Below, piece after piece: positions 24,451 through 36,500 of a stretch of 64,000 nt of DNA. The stretch covers positions 42,596,001 to 42,660,000 of the forward strand of contig OZ076413.1 in NCBI GenBank assembly GCA_964187785.1, in the 5' to 3' direction. The position numbers and the translations under genes were made by a program. How positions within the stretch are numbered: position 1 is the stretch's first letter; each line of letters begins with the position of its first letter. The stretch is from Amphiscolops sp. MND2022. Its lineage: Eukaryota. The notes beneath the pieces are model-generated. The model worked only from the letters and a program-made list of their open reading frames with translations, ran no database searches and was not told the DNA's origin.

Positions 24451-24624
24451 TTCTCGGAGTACAAAAGCTACACCTTGACTGGCAAGCTGGGCCAGAGTCC
24501 TCGACTGGAGAGATCCATTGCGCAATTCAATGGACTGTCGACCTGGATCCAGGGTATGATCTTGTCTGGCACCACGCCCAAAGAGAGGGCGGAGACTGTA
24601 ACCAGATTCCAGAAAGTGGCCGAG
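24451..24624 (+). CDS. RasGRP: RasGRP-like exon (CDC25 domain)
   Basis: tttag| acceptor and GAG|gttggt donor; encodes FSEYKSY...PRLERSIAQFNGLSTWIQGMILSGTTPKERAETVTRFQKVAE. Confidence 0.92.
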
Positions 24625-25225
24625 GTTGGTGTGAGAAAATTATCGACCAATTAAACTGCATCATGTTTTGAAAGATGTGTTTGTGTCTCTAGATATTGTG
24701 AGTCGTATTTTATTGAAATTAATTTTTTTCTCAATTTTGCCGTCCACTGGTACGTTTGTGCTTATTTCGTGTGACTTCTATGCACAAACTGAAGATTGGC
24801 TACTTTCATTAGCAGAAATTGATTGCTTTGCTGATCGTGTGTAAGAACGTTTTTCAATCAGATCGATAATTTCGGAAACCTTTTTAATTCCATTTATCAA
24901 AGCAGCATAGTAGAGTTATCATTGACGTCATCCGTTCTATGCTGAAACAATTCAGCCGCAGGCTTTGAAAAACTGTTCGTTACCTTCACTGATTTTCTCA
25001 CTTGTCGGCACGTTTTTTCCCCAAAAAATTAAGATATCGCTAATATTACATGTTGAGAATCTAATTTTGTGGTTTAATTCAGTTTAAAAAGTTCTTTCTA
25101 TTTTTCGCGAATGAATTAGACGTAATTACACTTTAAGGCCTTATTGGTTTGGAGAAACACGTCTGAGATATTTAATTTTCATTTTCATATAGGCATCATG
25201 GGCGGAAAATAGTCGCCATGTTTAG

Positions 25226-25452
25226 GTTCTACTAAACTTGCGCAACTACAACTCATTGATGGCGGTGGTGGGCGCTCTCACGTGCAGTTCAGTTTCTCGT
25301 CTGTCTCGCACGCAACGGGCAGTGCATCTATCTGTTCACACCCGCATCAACGACATGACGTCACTGCTTTCATCCAGCTCCAACTTCTCCAACTACAGGA
25401 AACTTCTTCAGAACTTGCCGAACAGCGGACAATGTTTCCACTTGCCTATTTT
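25226..25452 (+). CDS. RasGRP: RasGRP-like exon (CDC25 domain)
   Basis: tttag| acceptor and TT|gttagt donor; encodes LLNLRNYNSLMAVVGALTCSSVSRLSRT...NFSNYRK...FHLPIL. Confidence 0.93.
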
Positions 25453-26062
25453 GTTAGTGTGGTTGCGTCTGTTCTGTGAAGACCACTACTTCAAAGAACC
25501 AAGTTTTTTCACCGTACAATATGAGTCAGTCTCTTTGCAAGTGCATTTTGACTGATTTTATGTCTAATAACGTTTTTCCACTTTTTTCCTGAAAGCTTGT
25601 TCCGTGAAACAAAATACTGAGAACTTTAAAAAAACTCTATCTTTCTCCATTCTCATTAACGGAAAAAAAAACAAGACAAGAAAATCTACAGTCAGCACCC
25701 TGCTTAAGGCTTAAAAGGGCCCAGAGCGGTTGTATAAAATTTCTCATAAACCTGAGAGTGTCGTTAAGTAAAAAAACTTCTCTAACTGAAAACCAAATCA
25801 TACAAAAAGGTGGGAAAAATTTCTTTACACTAGTTGAGACTGCTGGAACTTTTTGCATGCGAATTGCACAACATTTTCTACTGCAATCAAATATGAAAAC
25901 AAATCCCACTTCATGACCGACACAATCACGTTTTATTCACACTTTTTCCTCAACTACTCATCTGATGTGATAACCGCTCCTCAAATAGCACGCTAAATAA
26001 GACGCACATTATTTGCATTTTCCACGTGATAAGTCAGTTTGCATTGAAATGGTGGTAACAAG

Positions 26063-28189
26063 TGTTACGACTATTTACCGGTGTAATTTTACGAGTAGTC
26101 GCAGTGGTTTTATTTTTGATCGGTGTTGAAGTTGCATTTTCCGGAATATTTTCGGATTCAGAATCTGTTTCTTCAGTGGCTGTTATGATGGTTTGTTTTT
26201 TAACAGTAGGAGCTATTAGTTTTAGCATCTCTTTTTGGTTTTCAGCTAAGATTCTAGTAAGATCAGACATGATCTCTTCCCTCAATGAAGACTTGATTTC
26301 CTCTAGATTTTCAGTGAGTACTCTAGGAGATTTGCTCGTTCCCGCTACGGGATTTAAGTTTTGGTTAGTCTCAGGTATTTGGGTCTCAATTTCAGTAGAA
26401 ACTAGCTCTTCAACAGCTTTTCTCTTCTGGATTCTAGTAGTCATTTTAGAAAGAGAGAGAGGTTGTTCTTTGGAAAACTCGAATTCTTCAAAGAAATATG
26501 GTTTTGAAACGAAGTATTAACGTAGCAAATTAAAACAGATTAACAGATTTTACATATTCCCAGGTATATATACTCTCATAGCATCATTTGTTCCTCACCT
26601 AAAAATTCCTAAGAATCCTTAAAATCGGTTTTGTTCATCAAAATTGCTTAATCATCCTTATTATTTCAACCCTTTAATTAATTGTTCACGATTTAAAATT
26701 CCTAGTCACGGCTCCCTTACGGAGTGCTTGTTGAAATCATTTTTGTTCATTATCATCATTTCCGATTTGATCGCGGAAAAGGCGGCAAAATGAAAGTCTA
26801 GTTGAATTTTCATCGAGAAAGGCACGCTGGCGTGATCAATGATTCATCTCAAGACTAGTGAAAATCATCTTGTTCGCGGTAAAAGAATGACAAGCAAAAC
26901 TGACTACGGAAATGTCTCGGAGTGATTTTAGGTAAATGTGCTGGGAATAATTTGAGGAGAACAAATGATGCTGGAAAAACGGTTAATACCGATCAAGAGC
27001 TGAGATAGCAAACAATATAACACAGAATAATTTTGAGCTTCTGAACTAATTTTACATATATTGGAACATGATGGTTTGATTAATACAGATCAATGGCTCA
27101 TTTAGCCCAAAGAACATAACATATTGAATGTACAAAACATCCTTTTCAAAATGAAGGAAAGCACCTTTCTTTTAATGATTTCCTTTGTTTTAACCTGTAG
27201 TACGATCAATTTTATTAGGTATTAAACGGGAACAATTCGGAAAGGTATTATTTTAACGTTATGATATTTTGAACATTCCTTTTCGGTTCCGTATAGCATA
27301 AGGAATATCTTGATATATTAGAACAACTTTGATCTTGCAGCATTTCTTTTTAGTCGTTCTCTATGTATTAACATTAAGCATAACCTTGTCCTTTCACAAT
27401 TTGCTCCGTAAGCGCTCCGTACGTATTGAGATTAGTTATAGTTTCTTCGCATTACAATTTGCTCCGTAAGCGCTCCGTACGTTTTAAGATTAAGTATAGC
27501 TGAGCAGCGCATGCTTGCGGAGACAGAGCGGACATTGTTAACAAATTCATTCTTATTCTCTCGCTCAATTGGCGTTGCTATGGTAACTAGGGATGGTGAA
27601 AGACGACGCTATTGGTCCGTAAAAATAGAAACATCTACTCTTCAATCAAGCTGAGTGACGCCGTCATTACGTTGTAGATATTCTCTTAAGTTGCTTAACT
27701 GCATTCTTAAGTGGATATTCACAACTATTCAATCATTGGAAAACAATTCCGCCATTCTCTTTGTATGTTCTTTCATTTTAGATTGTATGAATTCCGTTGG
27801 GACCTCGGAATTGAATTTCACTTTGGTGTTTTCATTTTAGTGTGGAAAAGAAAAAGGTCCCAAAGTTAAGAATGTTTTTAATTTGTTATTTAGATTTGTA
27901 TGGAATTTTCAGCTGACGAAACCGGAAGTAACGGAACGGTCACGCATGAAAACTTTATACCGGAAGTTTCGTTCCGACTAAAATCACTTTTGGATATTTT
28001 ACTTATCGCTTTCGTTAGACTAAAATCCTTTTGTTCTGATTATTAACTCGTACTACAGTTAAACAAAGGTAAGTGATCAGTCAAAGATTTTTACCTAATT
28101 TTGTGAGGTATTGCCATGTCCTCGCCCTCTTGCGAATTTCGGTATTCCTCCGCAACAGGAAAACTCCCGACCGGGAGCGGGTCGTGACA
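26063..28189 (-). repeat. Gypsy 3' LTR (2127 bp)
   Basis: Near-identical to 39525-41641. Confidence 0.95.
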
Positions 28190-28745
28190 GGGCGCCTCTA
28201 TAACTTGTTGACCACGGCCTGGGGCAATGTGGGATCTCTCTAGCAATAAGTACGGGCTGCTTTCGTGCTCTTCTGATTCTCGCGGAGGTAAATGAGTTCC
28301 CTCTTCCGGCAGTGCAGTAGTAGTCTTCTGTCATTGATAGCCCGTGAGTCTCTTCTATTTCTTTGATGGAAGGCTCGTCTAGGTCATTCAACTTCTCTGT
28401 CTTTGACGGAGGGACGTATTCTTTCTCGTTCGTGATGTCAGCAAGTACTGGGGCACGGGTCAGTTCAGGCATCTCCCGGGACGAATCCGGTTCTTCGTAG
28501 TAGTCTTCAGAGTTTTCTTTCTGGTGTGACTCAACGACAAAAGCTTCTTCCGTATCAGATTCGAATGTCGATACTGATTCTTGTGTTGAATTGAGGTCCG
28601 CCTCGCTTCCTCGCCATACTTCCACGGCGGAATCGCTTAAGTTGAGTCTCCCCACCATGTTTAAGGGTAGGGTTTTGATCGGCGTACTGTATCTATGATT
28701 TTCTTCGTCCGAAGAGATGTCGATGACAAGGGCATAGTTGTCCAT
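28095..28745 (-). CDS. Gypsy 3' accessory ORF, acidic then Arg/Gly-rich, runs into the 3' LTR
   Basis: ATG-initiated 216 aa (MDNYALVIDISSDEE...); the last ~31 codons lie inside the LTR. Confidence 0.55.
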   Translation of the reverse strand: MDNYALVIDISSDEENHRYSTPIKTLPLNMVGRLNLSDSAVEVWRGSEADLNSTQESVSTFESDTEEAFVVESHQKENSEDYYEEPDSSREMPELTRAPVLADITNEKEYVPPSKTEKLNDLDEPSIKEIEETHGLSMTEDYYCTAGRGNSFTSARIRRARKQPVLIAREIPHCPRPWSTSYRGALSRPAPGREFSCCGGIPKFARGRGHGNTSQN

Positions 28746-29301
28746 TTTTCTTTTAGCGATTTTTGTCTAAGTCTTGAAGAATTAATTCTGGACCAATTTT
28801 TTTTTACGTTTGTTGTACGGCAAATGAAAAGGTCAATTTTCTTCTATTCATGTTTTTCCTGTATTCCTATTGGCTGAAATTTTTCTTCTTATTTCGGTTC
28901 GTTTTATCTTCGGAAAGCGTTTCACTTCCATCTGCGCTGTGATTGGCTGAACCGAATAAACTGAAGGTTTTAATTTTGAACCTCGTCATGTCGTCATCAA
29001 TTTCTTTCCGGTGATGATCCGTGTGACGTCATAGTTTAGAAAATGATCTGTTTTCCTTTTAGGACATTCAAATAGTCAGATATATTTTTTGGTTTTTCTT
29101 TGTTTTGGGAGTGATATGCTCTCGTCAGTGCTTTATCAGGCTTATGTGAAATAAGATGAATGGTGTATTTTCCTTTTCTTGGTCATGATTAAATGATTTT
29201 GGATTCTTTCCTTATTTTTATCTTCCGGAGCGTTCTCGTTGCTCTTGTCTTGTTTGACTTGTTGTTTTCTTTTAGATTGCTTCTGAAGATTTTGCTCTCT
29301 T

Positions 29302-32300
29302 ATGGAAGACGAAGTGGCTGGGCAATCCTCTACCGTACCTCGTACGGGTTTATTCAGTGGAAATGAGACAAACTTTGAGTATTCCGATGACGATGTTCTT
29401 CCGGAAGCTGTCTCTTCTGCCTCAGGTTGGTAAAATCTTTCTGTTTTCCATGGGTATTTGGACTATTTGTTTTTGGTGATCAGCCTTTATAGTCTTACCC
29501 GTAACTCTGACGCGTCAAACCAGATCTTGATTTTCAGTATCTCAACCTGTCTCAACTTCAGCTGCTATTACTTGTGTCACTTCCACTGCTGTAGTTGTCT
29601 CCAGTTCTTCCGTGTTGCCTCCGGTTTCAAGTGTTCTAACTGTTCGTGTTCTGTCAATGATGTATTGACTTCTGCGCTTAGTGCGTTGGATCTGGGCCTT
29701 CATCTGGGCTTTTTCTTTCTTGCTCCGCTTTTTCTGTCTTGCTCCGACGAGTGTCAGTGATGATCCTGTTGGGAGTCAACCTCATGTTACAGATCCTGTT
29801 CCTTCCTCTACTGGTGGCTCGGATAGTGAGTCTCAAGGAGGTGAGACTGATGCCCCCGTCGATCGAGAAACAGGTCAGTGCCTTCTTATTTGTTGTTTGG
29901 GTTGGAGGCTGTATTTCTTTTCTTTTATGGTGTATTTGTACGTGTAAGTTTTTCCTTTGGAATTTTTCTCCATTAGTTATACGGAGGTTGTGATGTTTTA
30001 GTTTCTCCACCTGTTGCTAGCCGTAAGATGGTGGTGAAATTTAAAACTCCTCCAAAGAAGCAAAAGGTGATCTCTCCTGAGCAACCTTCGAGTTTCGATT
30101 ATGGTGTGTCTGCTGGATTTGATTCCGAAGGGACCGGGTTGTTGACGATGAGTCCCGATTATCTCTTGGAGTGGAGTCGTCATATAGTGGAAGAAGTTGA
30201 TACTCGTACCACGCAAACAATCCAGAGTGGTAAGTTGTCATTTCTGGCTGGGTTTTTATGACTTTCACTTTGGTCTGTTCCTTCTTTCTTCTTCTTTTTT
30301 TTGTATTGTGTTGTTTTTCAAGCTCGTTCTGTGTTTTTGATGGTCCGTTAAGTTGCCGTTTCGTGACTGTTACTGGTGTTGTACAAGGTATCAGCAAGTT
30401 AGTTGAGAAAGTGGACGATCGTTTGGGGAAGAAAAAGACCAGAAAATACAGCAGTCTCAACGATCTTCACAAAAGAATGTTGGGGCTGCATTCCGCGTTT
30501 CCTTCGTTTGCGGCTGGTCCCAAGATTGGCCAAGTGACACACTTCTTCTGAAAGGTGTGTAAACGGGACGTGGCTATGAAGGCGCATGGTTCTGGCGAAT
30601 TCATCCGACACTTTGGTTCTGATGGGCATTGGTATCGCGATGTAACTTATCGCGTTCATATGGGATTGCCTGTGTTGAATCGTCTTCTTGAGCCTTTGGA
30701 GTTGTCAGATAGTCAGATGGCGGAGTACCGAGCACGTCCCTTTGTTGATTTGGCCGAGGGTTATCCGTTCCCCGAGGAATTAATCCCCAAGCATTGTCAA
30801 GTAAAGTCGAGAGTTCCATTCATGACCCTCGTATCCTGCTTTTGTGACTTGCTCCGGAGTGGTGGCGATCTTACTTTACTGCGCCGTATGTGGGGTCATT
30901 TCTGTGCTTCTTTGGGTGATCGGAAACCCGAGTATTCCATGCAGTGGAGCCGTTCTGAGACTGTGGTGAGTATTATTTGGTTATGGAGTAGTAGTAGTTT
31001 ATCGTATGTTAGTGAGTAGTTGCTTTTCTTTCTTTTTTTTTCTCCAAGAGGTTTGCATTTCAGTCCTTCGTGTGTCAAGGCCTTGCTCCGCGAGTTATCC
31101 GTTTGCTTCTGGGTGGGATCTCAAAGTTTAAAGAGTATTCTATACAGTTCGAGAAAGAAGATGATGCTGAGTTTTGCTTTGTGGTCTGGTGGGAGGACGA
31201 TCATCTAAAGAAGGCGTGCATCAGTGTGGAATCTCTTGATCAAACATTGCCCGATGCTGAATTGGTTCCTCTTTCTCGCGTGATTTACAGTCTGGATCCT
31301 CCTCAGTTTCCGTTGTGTATCCGTGGTGCGAGTCCAACGCTGGTTTGTGTACTTGGCGAAGTGCTTCCCGATGGTAGGGATTTTGTGGTCCACGAGCGTT
31401 TTACTAGTGAGGTGTTCCTAGAGTGCTTCCGTCGGGCGCACCAGAATATTTTCGGGATGCTAGAGGTCGTGACTGCAGTGGAATACATTGTGTTGCGGAT
31501 GCGCAGTGCTCTCCATGATACGTGGACTGAGGGGAAGACAGTGTTGCGCCGTTGCATACGCAAGGGTTCCGTTCCTTTTGAGGATTTGCTCCATGTTGTG
31601 GACGATATAGTTGGACTGTGGGCAAACATTCGTCCTTTCGTTCGTTATACGGGGTTGCCAGATGTTAAAGAACGGGTTGACAGCGTTAGTATTTCATCCA
31701 TAGCTTTTGAAAATTTTCTCTTTTTGTCGTTCCTGTTCTTGAAAGTTGGTTTTATTGTTACTAGATGCGCGGTGCAGATTGAAATATAATTGCTGATGGT
31801 ATGATTTTATACAAGTTTGGACTTCTGCGATTGGTACTCACCACATGTAAGTGTTGATTTTTGCGTTCTTCTCTTTGCCATTGCCTGTTACGGATTGTGT
31901 TGGAGTTCTTGCCTGAGTTCGACTGTTTCTGAGTGAAGCTGTTAATTGTATTGTTTGCCGAGTCATGTCCTCTTTTAGTTTGACCTTTGATTATCTGTGA
32001 CTATCCCGTTTGTATGATCTTTTTGTGGGTGTTTCGGTTCGTAACAATTTCGTGAAGTTCTTTGGGCAGCGTGATGATTACGATTTTTGTTGTTACGGGG
32101 AAATCGGGAACATTGTGTATTGCTTGCTGCTGAAAACTCGATCCACAGATGGACTTCCTGGCATTCATGAGTGGGAGAGTTACGTGGACATTGAGAAATA
32201 TGCTGGTTTCCCTGCTATATCAGCTGATGCGTTCCTTGTGAACTACGAATTGGGCCAGGAATTGTTGAAAGGCAAGACAAGTGAAGTACAGGAGTTCCGT

Positions 32301-33185
32301 GTTAACTGTCGCAAGTCTCTCGATGAGTTGATTCGGGAGATTGTTTGCCATCGGAGCGTTTCTTCTGGAGTTTCTCGTGGTCTTTACTGTTTTGGTCCTG
32401 AGATTCTGCTTGATGGGGATAGCGATAGTATTTTTGGCCTGTTTGCTGGTCTTTGCAAAATACTAGTTGACTGCGGAGTGCTGCCGTTGGGATCTTCGAG
32501 TGCCGCAGTTGATGAGTTCTACAGTTATGTAGTAGAGAAACGTCGCCAGTATGCCGGGAGTGATCGATCGGGAAGTGCAGTATTTGATGTTATGGCTTTT
32601 TTGTTGGGCGATTATTCATTCCAGTCACGTCACAATGTCTTACGGATATTCAAACTGTGTTGTTTGATTGTGAGTTCCGGCCGGAGCCGCTATCCTTCCG
32701 TGTTGTTGGAGCTTCCTGGTAGCGCATTGAATCAGAAGGCTGTGGATAATTGTGTCAGGATGGTGCAGTCCTATGTGTTGAGTCCGGGCTATGTCCCGAA
32801 GTTGTTCTTCACTGATTTGACATTGGATGCTGTGCGGAGTGCTGTCGAGGATGCGTGTGTGTTTTATGTGACTGGCGATTTTGATGTGTGGAAGAACGTT
32901 TGTAGTTCCGGGTTTGCTGCGTTTGTGTCTGCTGTGAGTGTTTCATACTCAAAGGTGTTATCGCGACGTCGAGAAGATGAGGAAAAAGATTATACTGAGT
33001 GGAATCGGGCTAATAGGCAGACCCAGATTGACCGTCGAGCTGGCTCTAGTCGTAATGAGAGCGGCGGCAGTGTTGTGGCCAAACCCAAGAAGACAGCGGC
33101 AAGTGGGTCAAAAGGAGGTGGAGGGTCCAGCTCTAAAGGTGGACCATCAAAATCTGGCAGTAAAAAGAAAACCGGCCAAGAATGA
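29302..33185 (+). pseudogene. Spliced accessory gene antisense to Gypsy pol; BED-like zinc finger plus hAT-transposase-like body
   Basis: Approximate exons 29302-29425, 29538-29873, 30002-30229, 30323-30965, 31064-31684, 31765-31846 and 31979-33185, with short GT-AG introns. Motif FF*KVCKRDVAMKAHG...RHFGSDGH; a few stops and frameshifts. Confidence 0.7.
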
Positions 33186-33569
33186 TGCTGATCGGGGTGT
33201 TTATGATACCCTCAATAGATCATCTAGTAGCTGAGGTTGTCCTGTTCAGACTGCAATTTTTTAATTTTCAGGCATTTGTTACTCTGCTCTTGTTATTATT
33301 GTATTGTAGTTTAGAAATTAACGTTACCATCCCGGTTCGGCTTGGTCAACTTGATCATTTTCATTCAGTTTTGAGTTTGAGAACTCTCTTCCGCAGTGAT
33401 TGCGTCCAGCATCCGAAAATCAGGATGTGCATTAGGTCTAGGATTAGGTCGTAGGTTATACCTTCCCGTTTTTTAGGATTGTATCCGACAACTATAGGCG
33501 GTAGTGTAGGCGGTATTGGGGGGCTTTCTGTAGGCGGCGGCATCGTTATAAAAGGGTTATCGCTGACGT

Positions 33570-36500
33570 CTAAGTTAAATGACGTATTATCTCCGAAGAT
33601 GTTTTATCCATCGTTGTGTTCTCATCTGCAGTTGTTATAACTGTTTCATGGTCCGTTGTATTTCCGTCGTCAGTTTGTACTTCCGTGATAGTAGCTTCTT
33701 CATTGTCGTTTTCCGTTGAGGTTCCGAACAGAACTTCTCCGAATTCGGTTTCCCAAGCTTGCGCGTACCAATGGTCATGGGTTGTTTTAACCTCAGGATC
33801 TGGAAGCTGATCTTCCACTTTGACCGTTACGTCAGGTACTCGTTGATTGGGCGCGTATAGCCTTAGGCGAATTCTATGGAGGGTTTGCGTATATCTTGTT
33901 CCCGTCCGTCTTACAACGTAATTGTTATTGGAAAGGACTTTGACCACTATATATGGCCCTGTCCAAATGCAATCTTTGAAAGCGAATTTCATTGACTGGT
34001 TATCAGCCTTCGGATTCAGGACGTAGCAATAGTCATTGATTTTCAATAGCGTTGCTGTCGCTTTTTTATCATAATATCGCTTATACTTCAAATATGATTG
34101 CATGAGGCTGTCCTTGGCTGACTGGTGGATTTCGGCGATTTGCTTTTGTAATTCGTCCGTTAGGTCTTCGTTGGCGTCTTTCTTCCATTCTGGCTTGAGT
34201 CCCAGTTTAATGTCCAGAATGTTGTACGGGATGCGTCCGTGGAATACTGTTGTCGGTTCGCAGCCTAGGCTTTCGTGGTAGCTTGTGTTGTAGTTCATGA
34301 CTGCAATTTGTACATATTTATGCCACATTGAACGTCGTTCTCCCGTTGATATTTTTAAGGACGTTTTTAGTGATGCGTGCGTTCTCTCAAGTATTCCAAT
34401 CGTTTGTGCGTGTTTCGTTGATGCGTGACTAATTCGTATGTCGAGAGTTTGTGCTATCTGGTTTACGATATCCGATCGGAATTGTGATCCTTTGTCGGTG
34501 AGGATTATTGTGGATAGGTAACAATGGCGTGTCATTACGTCAATTATGCATCGGCCTACTGTTCTGGCTGTCATGTCTTGCGTAGGGTATGCGAAGAGGT
34601 ATCGAGAGAAAACGTCCATCATTGTTATGATGTGTCTGTATCCATTGGATGAAAGCAAATTTGGTAGAATGTCAACTTCTAAGCAATCCTCTGGGCCGAA
34701 GGTAAATTCCGTGTTGCTCAGCATTTTTGGACGTATTTGTCTTTTGTCGATCCGTTTGTTGGCTATGCAGTCAGGCAGTTGATTACCCAGGCTCTAATTT
34801 TCCGTGCAAGTCCCGGGTAGTAGTATTTTGTTCGGCTTTCTTGGATCATCTTTGTTATTCCTGGATGTTTGTTGGTTTTCCCATGCAGAGTTGATAGGAG
34901 TTCGGGGACTATGTGTTTCGGTATGAGGATTTGATGATGCGTGATTGTGCCATCCTCTCCGTAATATTTGCGCATGAGGACTCCATCTTTGACTATTATT
35001 CTTTCTTCGTGGCGTAGCAAATTTTTCCCTCTTGGTTCAGTTTTGAGGAGATGTTTGTCATATTCTTCGTGTAGTAGACGTAGCTTTAGTGCTTTCAGGA
35101 TTGGATCTCTATCTTGTTCGTTGCGTATTCGGGCGTTTTCTTTGATTGCTCCAAATGCGTAGACTGCCGTATTGAGCGGTATATGGACTACTTCCGTTAT
35201 TTCAGTGGATAAGTTTTGTTGTTCTTTTCCGTCCACTGCTCGTTGTTTGCTGAGAGCTTTTCTTGCAAAAGTTTCTTGTTCTCATTCTTCTTCCTCATCT
35301 GGTAAGAAAAAAAGTTGTTCTTCATCAGCAACGTCTGTGGACTGTAGGTTGACTTCGATGGGTGCCGTTATAATGTCGTCTCGTAGCTTGAGCTGAACTC
35401 TTTCTTTTGGCGTTAGTTCCAGGCGAGAAAGAAAATCGGCTGCTGTGTTTTGTGACCCGGCTACGTGCATAATGCGGAATTTGAATTGTAGGACGTAGTC
35501 GCAAGCGTTCCAGAGCGCGGGTGGGGTTGTCTTTGTTTGGAAAAACCTTGTTACTGATCTATTGTCCGTTAATACTAGGGTTGGTAGTGTCGTTTCCCAT
35601 AGGATGTGACTGTATTCCAAGAATGCATGGTAAATGGCGAGGAACTCTTTACAGTATATTGACATTTTCAGCTGTGACGGAGAAAATACGCGGGAGCCAA
35701 AAGCGACCGGTGCGAAAGTTTTCCGTTTGGAGAGTAGCTTTTTGTCATCGTTTTCTTCTATCATTAGGGCATATCCTGATGCTCGGAAACTTGCGTCCGT
35801 CATAAGTACGTATTGTTTTCCCGCAACTGGTTGTCTGAGGGCTAGTCCACATGCTTCCGCTAGGCTTGCGTTGATAGCTTTGAAGTTGTCGACTAGTTCT
35901 TCTGATATGGTGATTTTTGCATCTGCTTTTAGGCGTTCATACATTCCAATCATCTTTTCGGACAGTCTCGGTATGTAGTTTCTGTAGTAGTTGATAAATC
36001 CGATGTATTTCTGGACTTGTTTCTTTGATCGAGGAAATCTGATTTTTGACAAAAAATTGGTGATTTTGTGATCTTGCGGTGCTACTCCGTGGGGTGTGAT
36101 GGTTCTTCCCAGGAATTCGATTTGGGTGACGCCAAAGTGGCATTTTTCAATTGTGAGTTTTAGTCCGGCTTTGCGGAAGCATTTGAAGACTGCTCTGATG
36201 TTCTTGATGAGTTGTTCCGTTGTGTTGGCGGCAATCCCGATATCGTCCACATATTGGGCACACTGGTCGGCATTGATGACGGTGTCGAGGTATTCCCGCA
36301 TGAAGCCCGAAAAGGCCGACAAGGCTCTACTAAGTCCTTGGGCTAGCCTGCGATAGGCAAACGTTCTACTAGCAAAGTTAAATGCAAGGAGTTCTACTGA
36401 CCTTTGATCTGCCATTTGGAGGCAGTGATAGGCTTGTGAGCAATCTAGTTTGCAGAACAGCTGTTTCCCCGCGAGATGTTGTGCGGCGTCCGAGAGGGTG

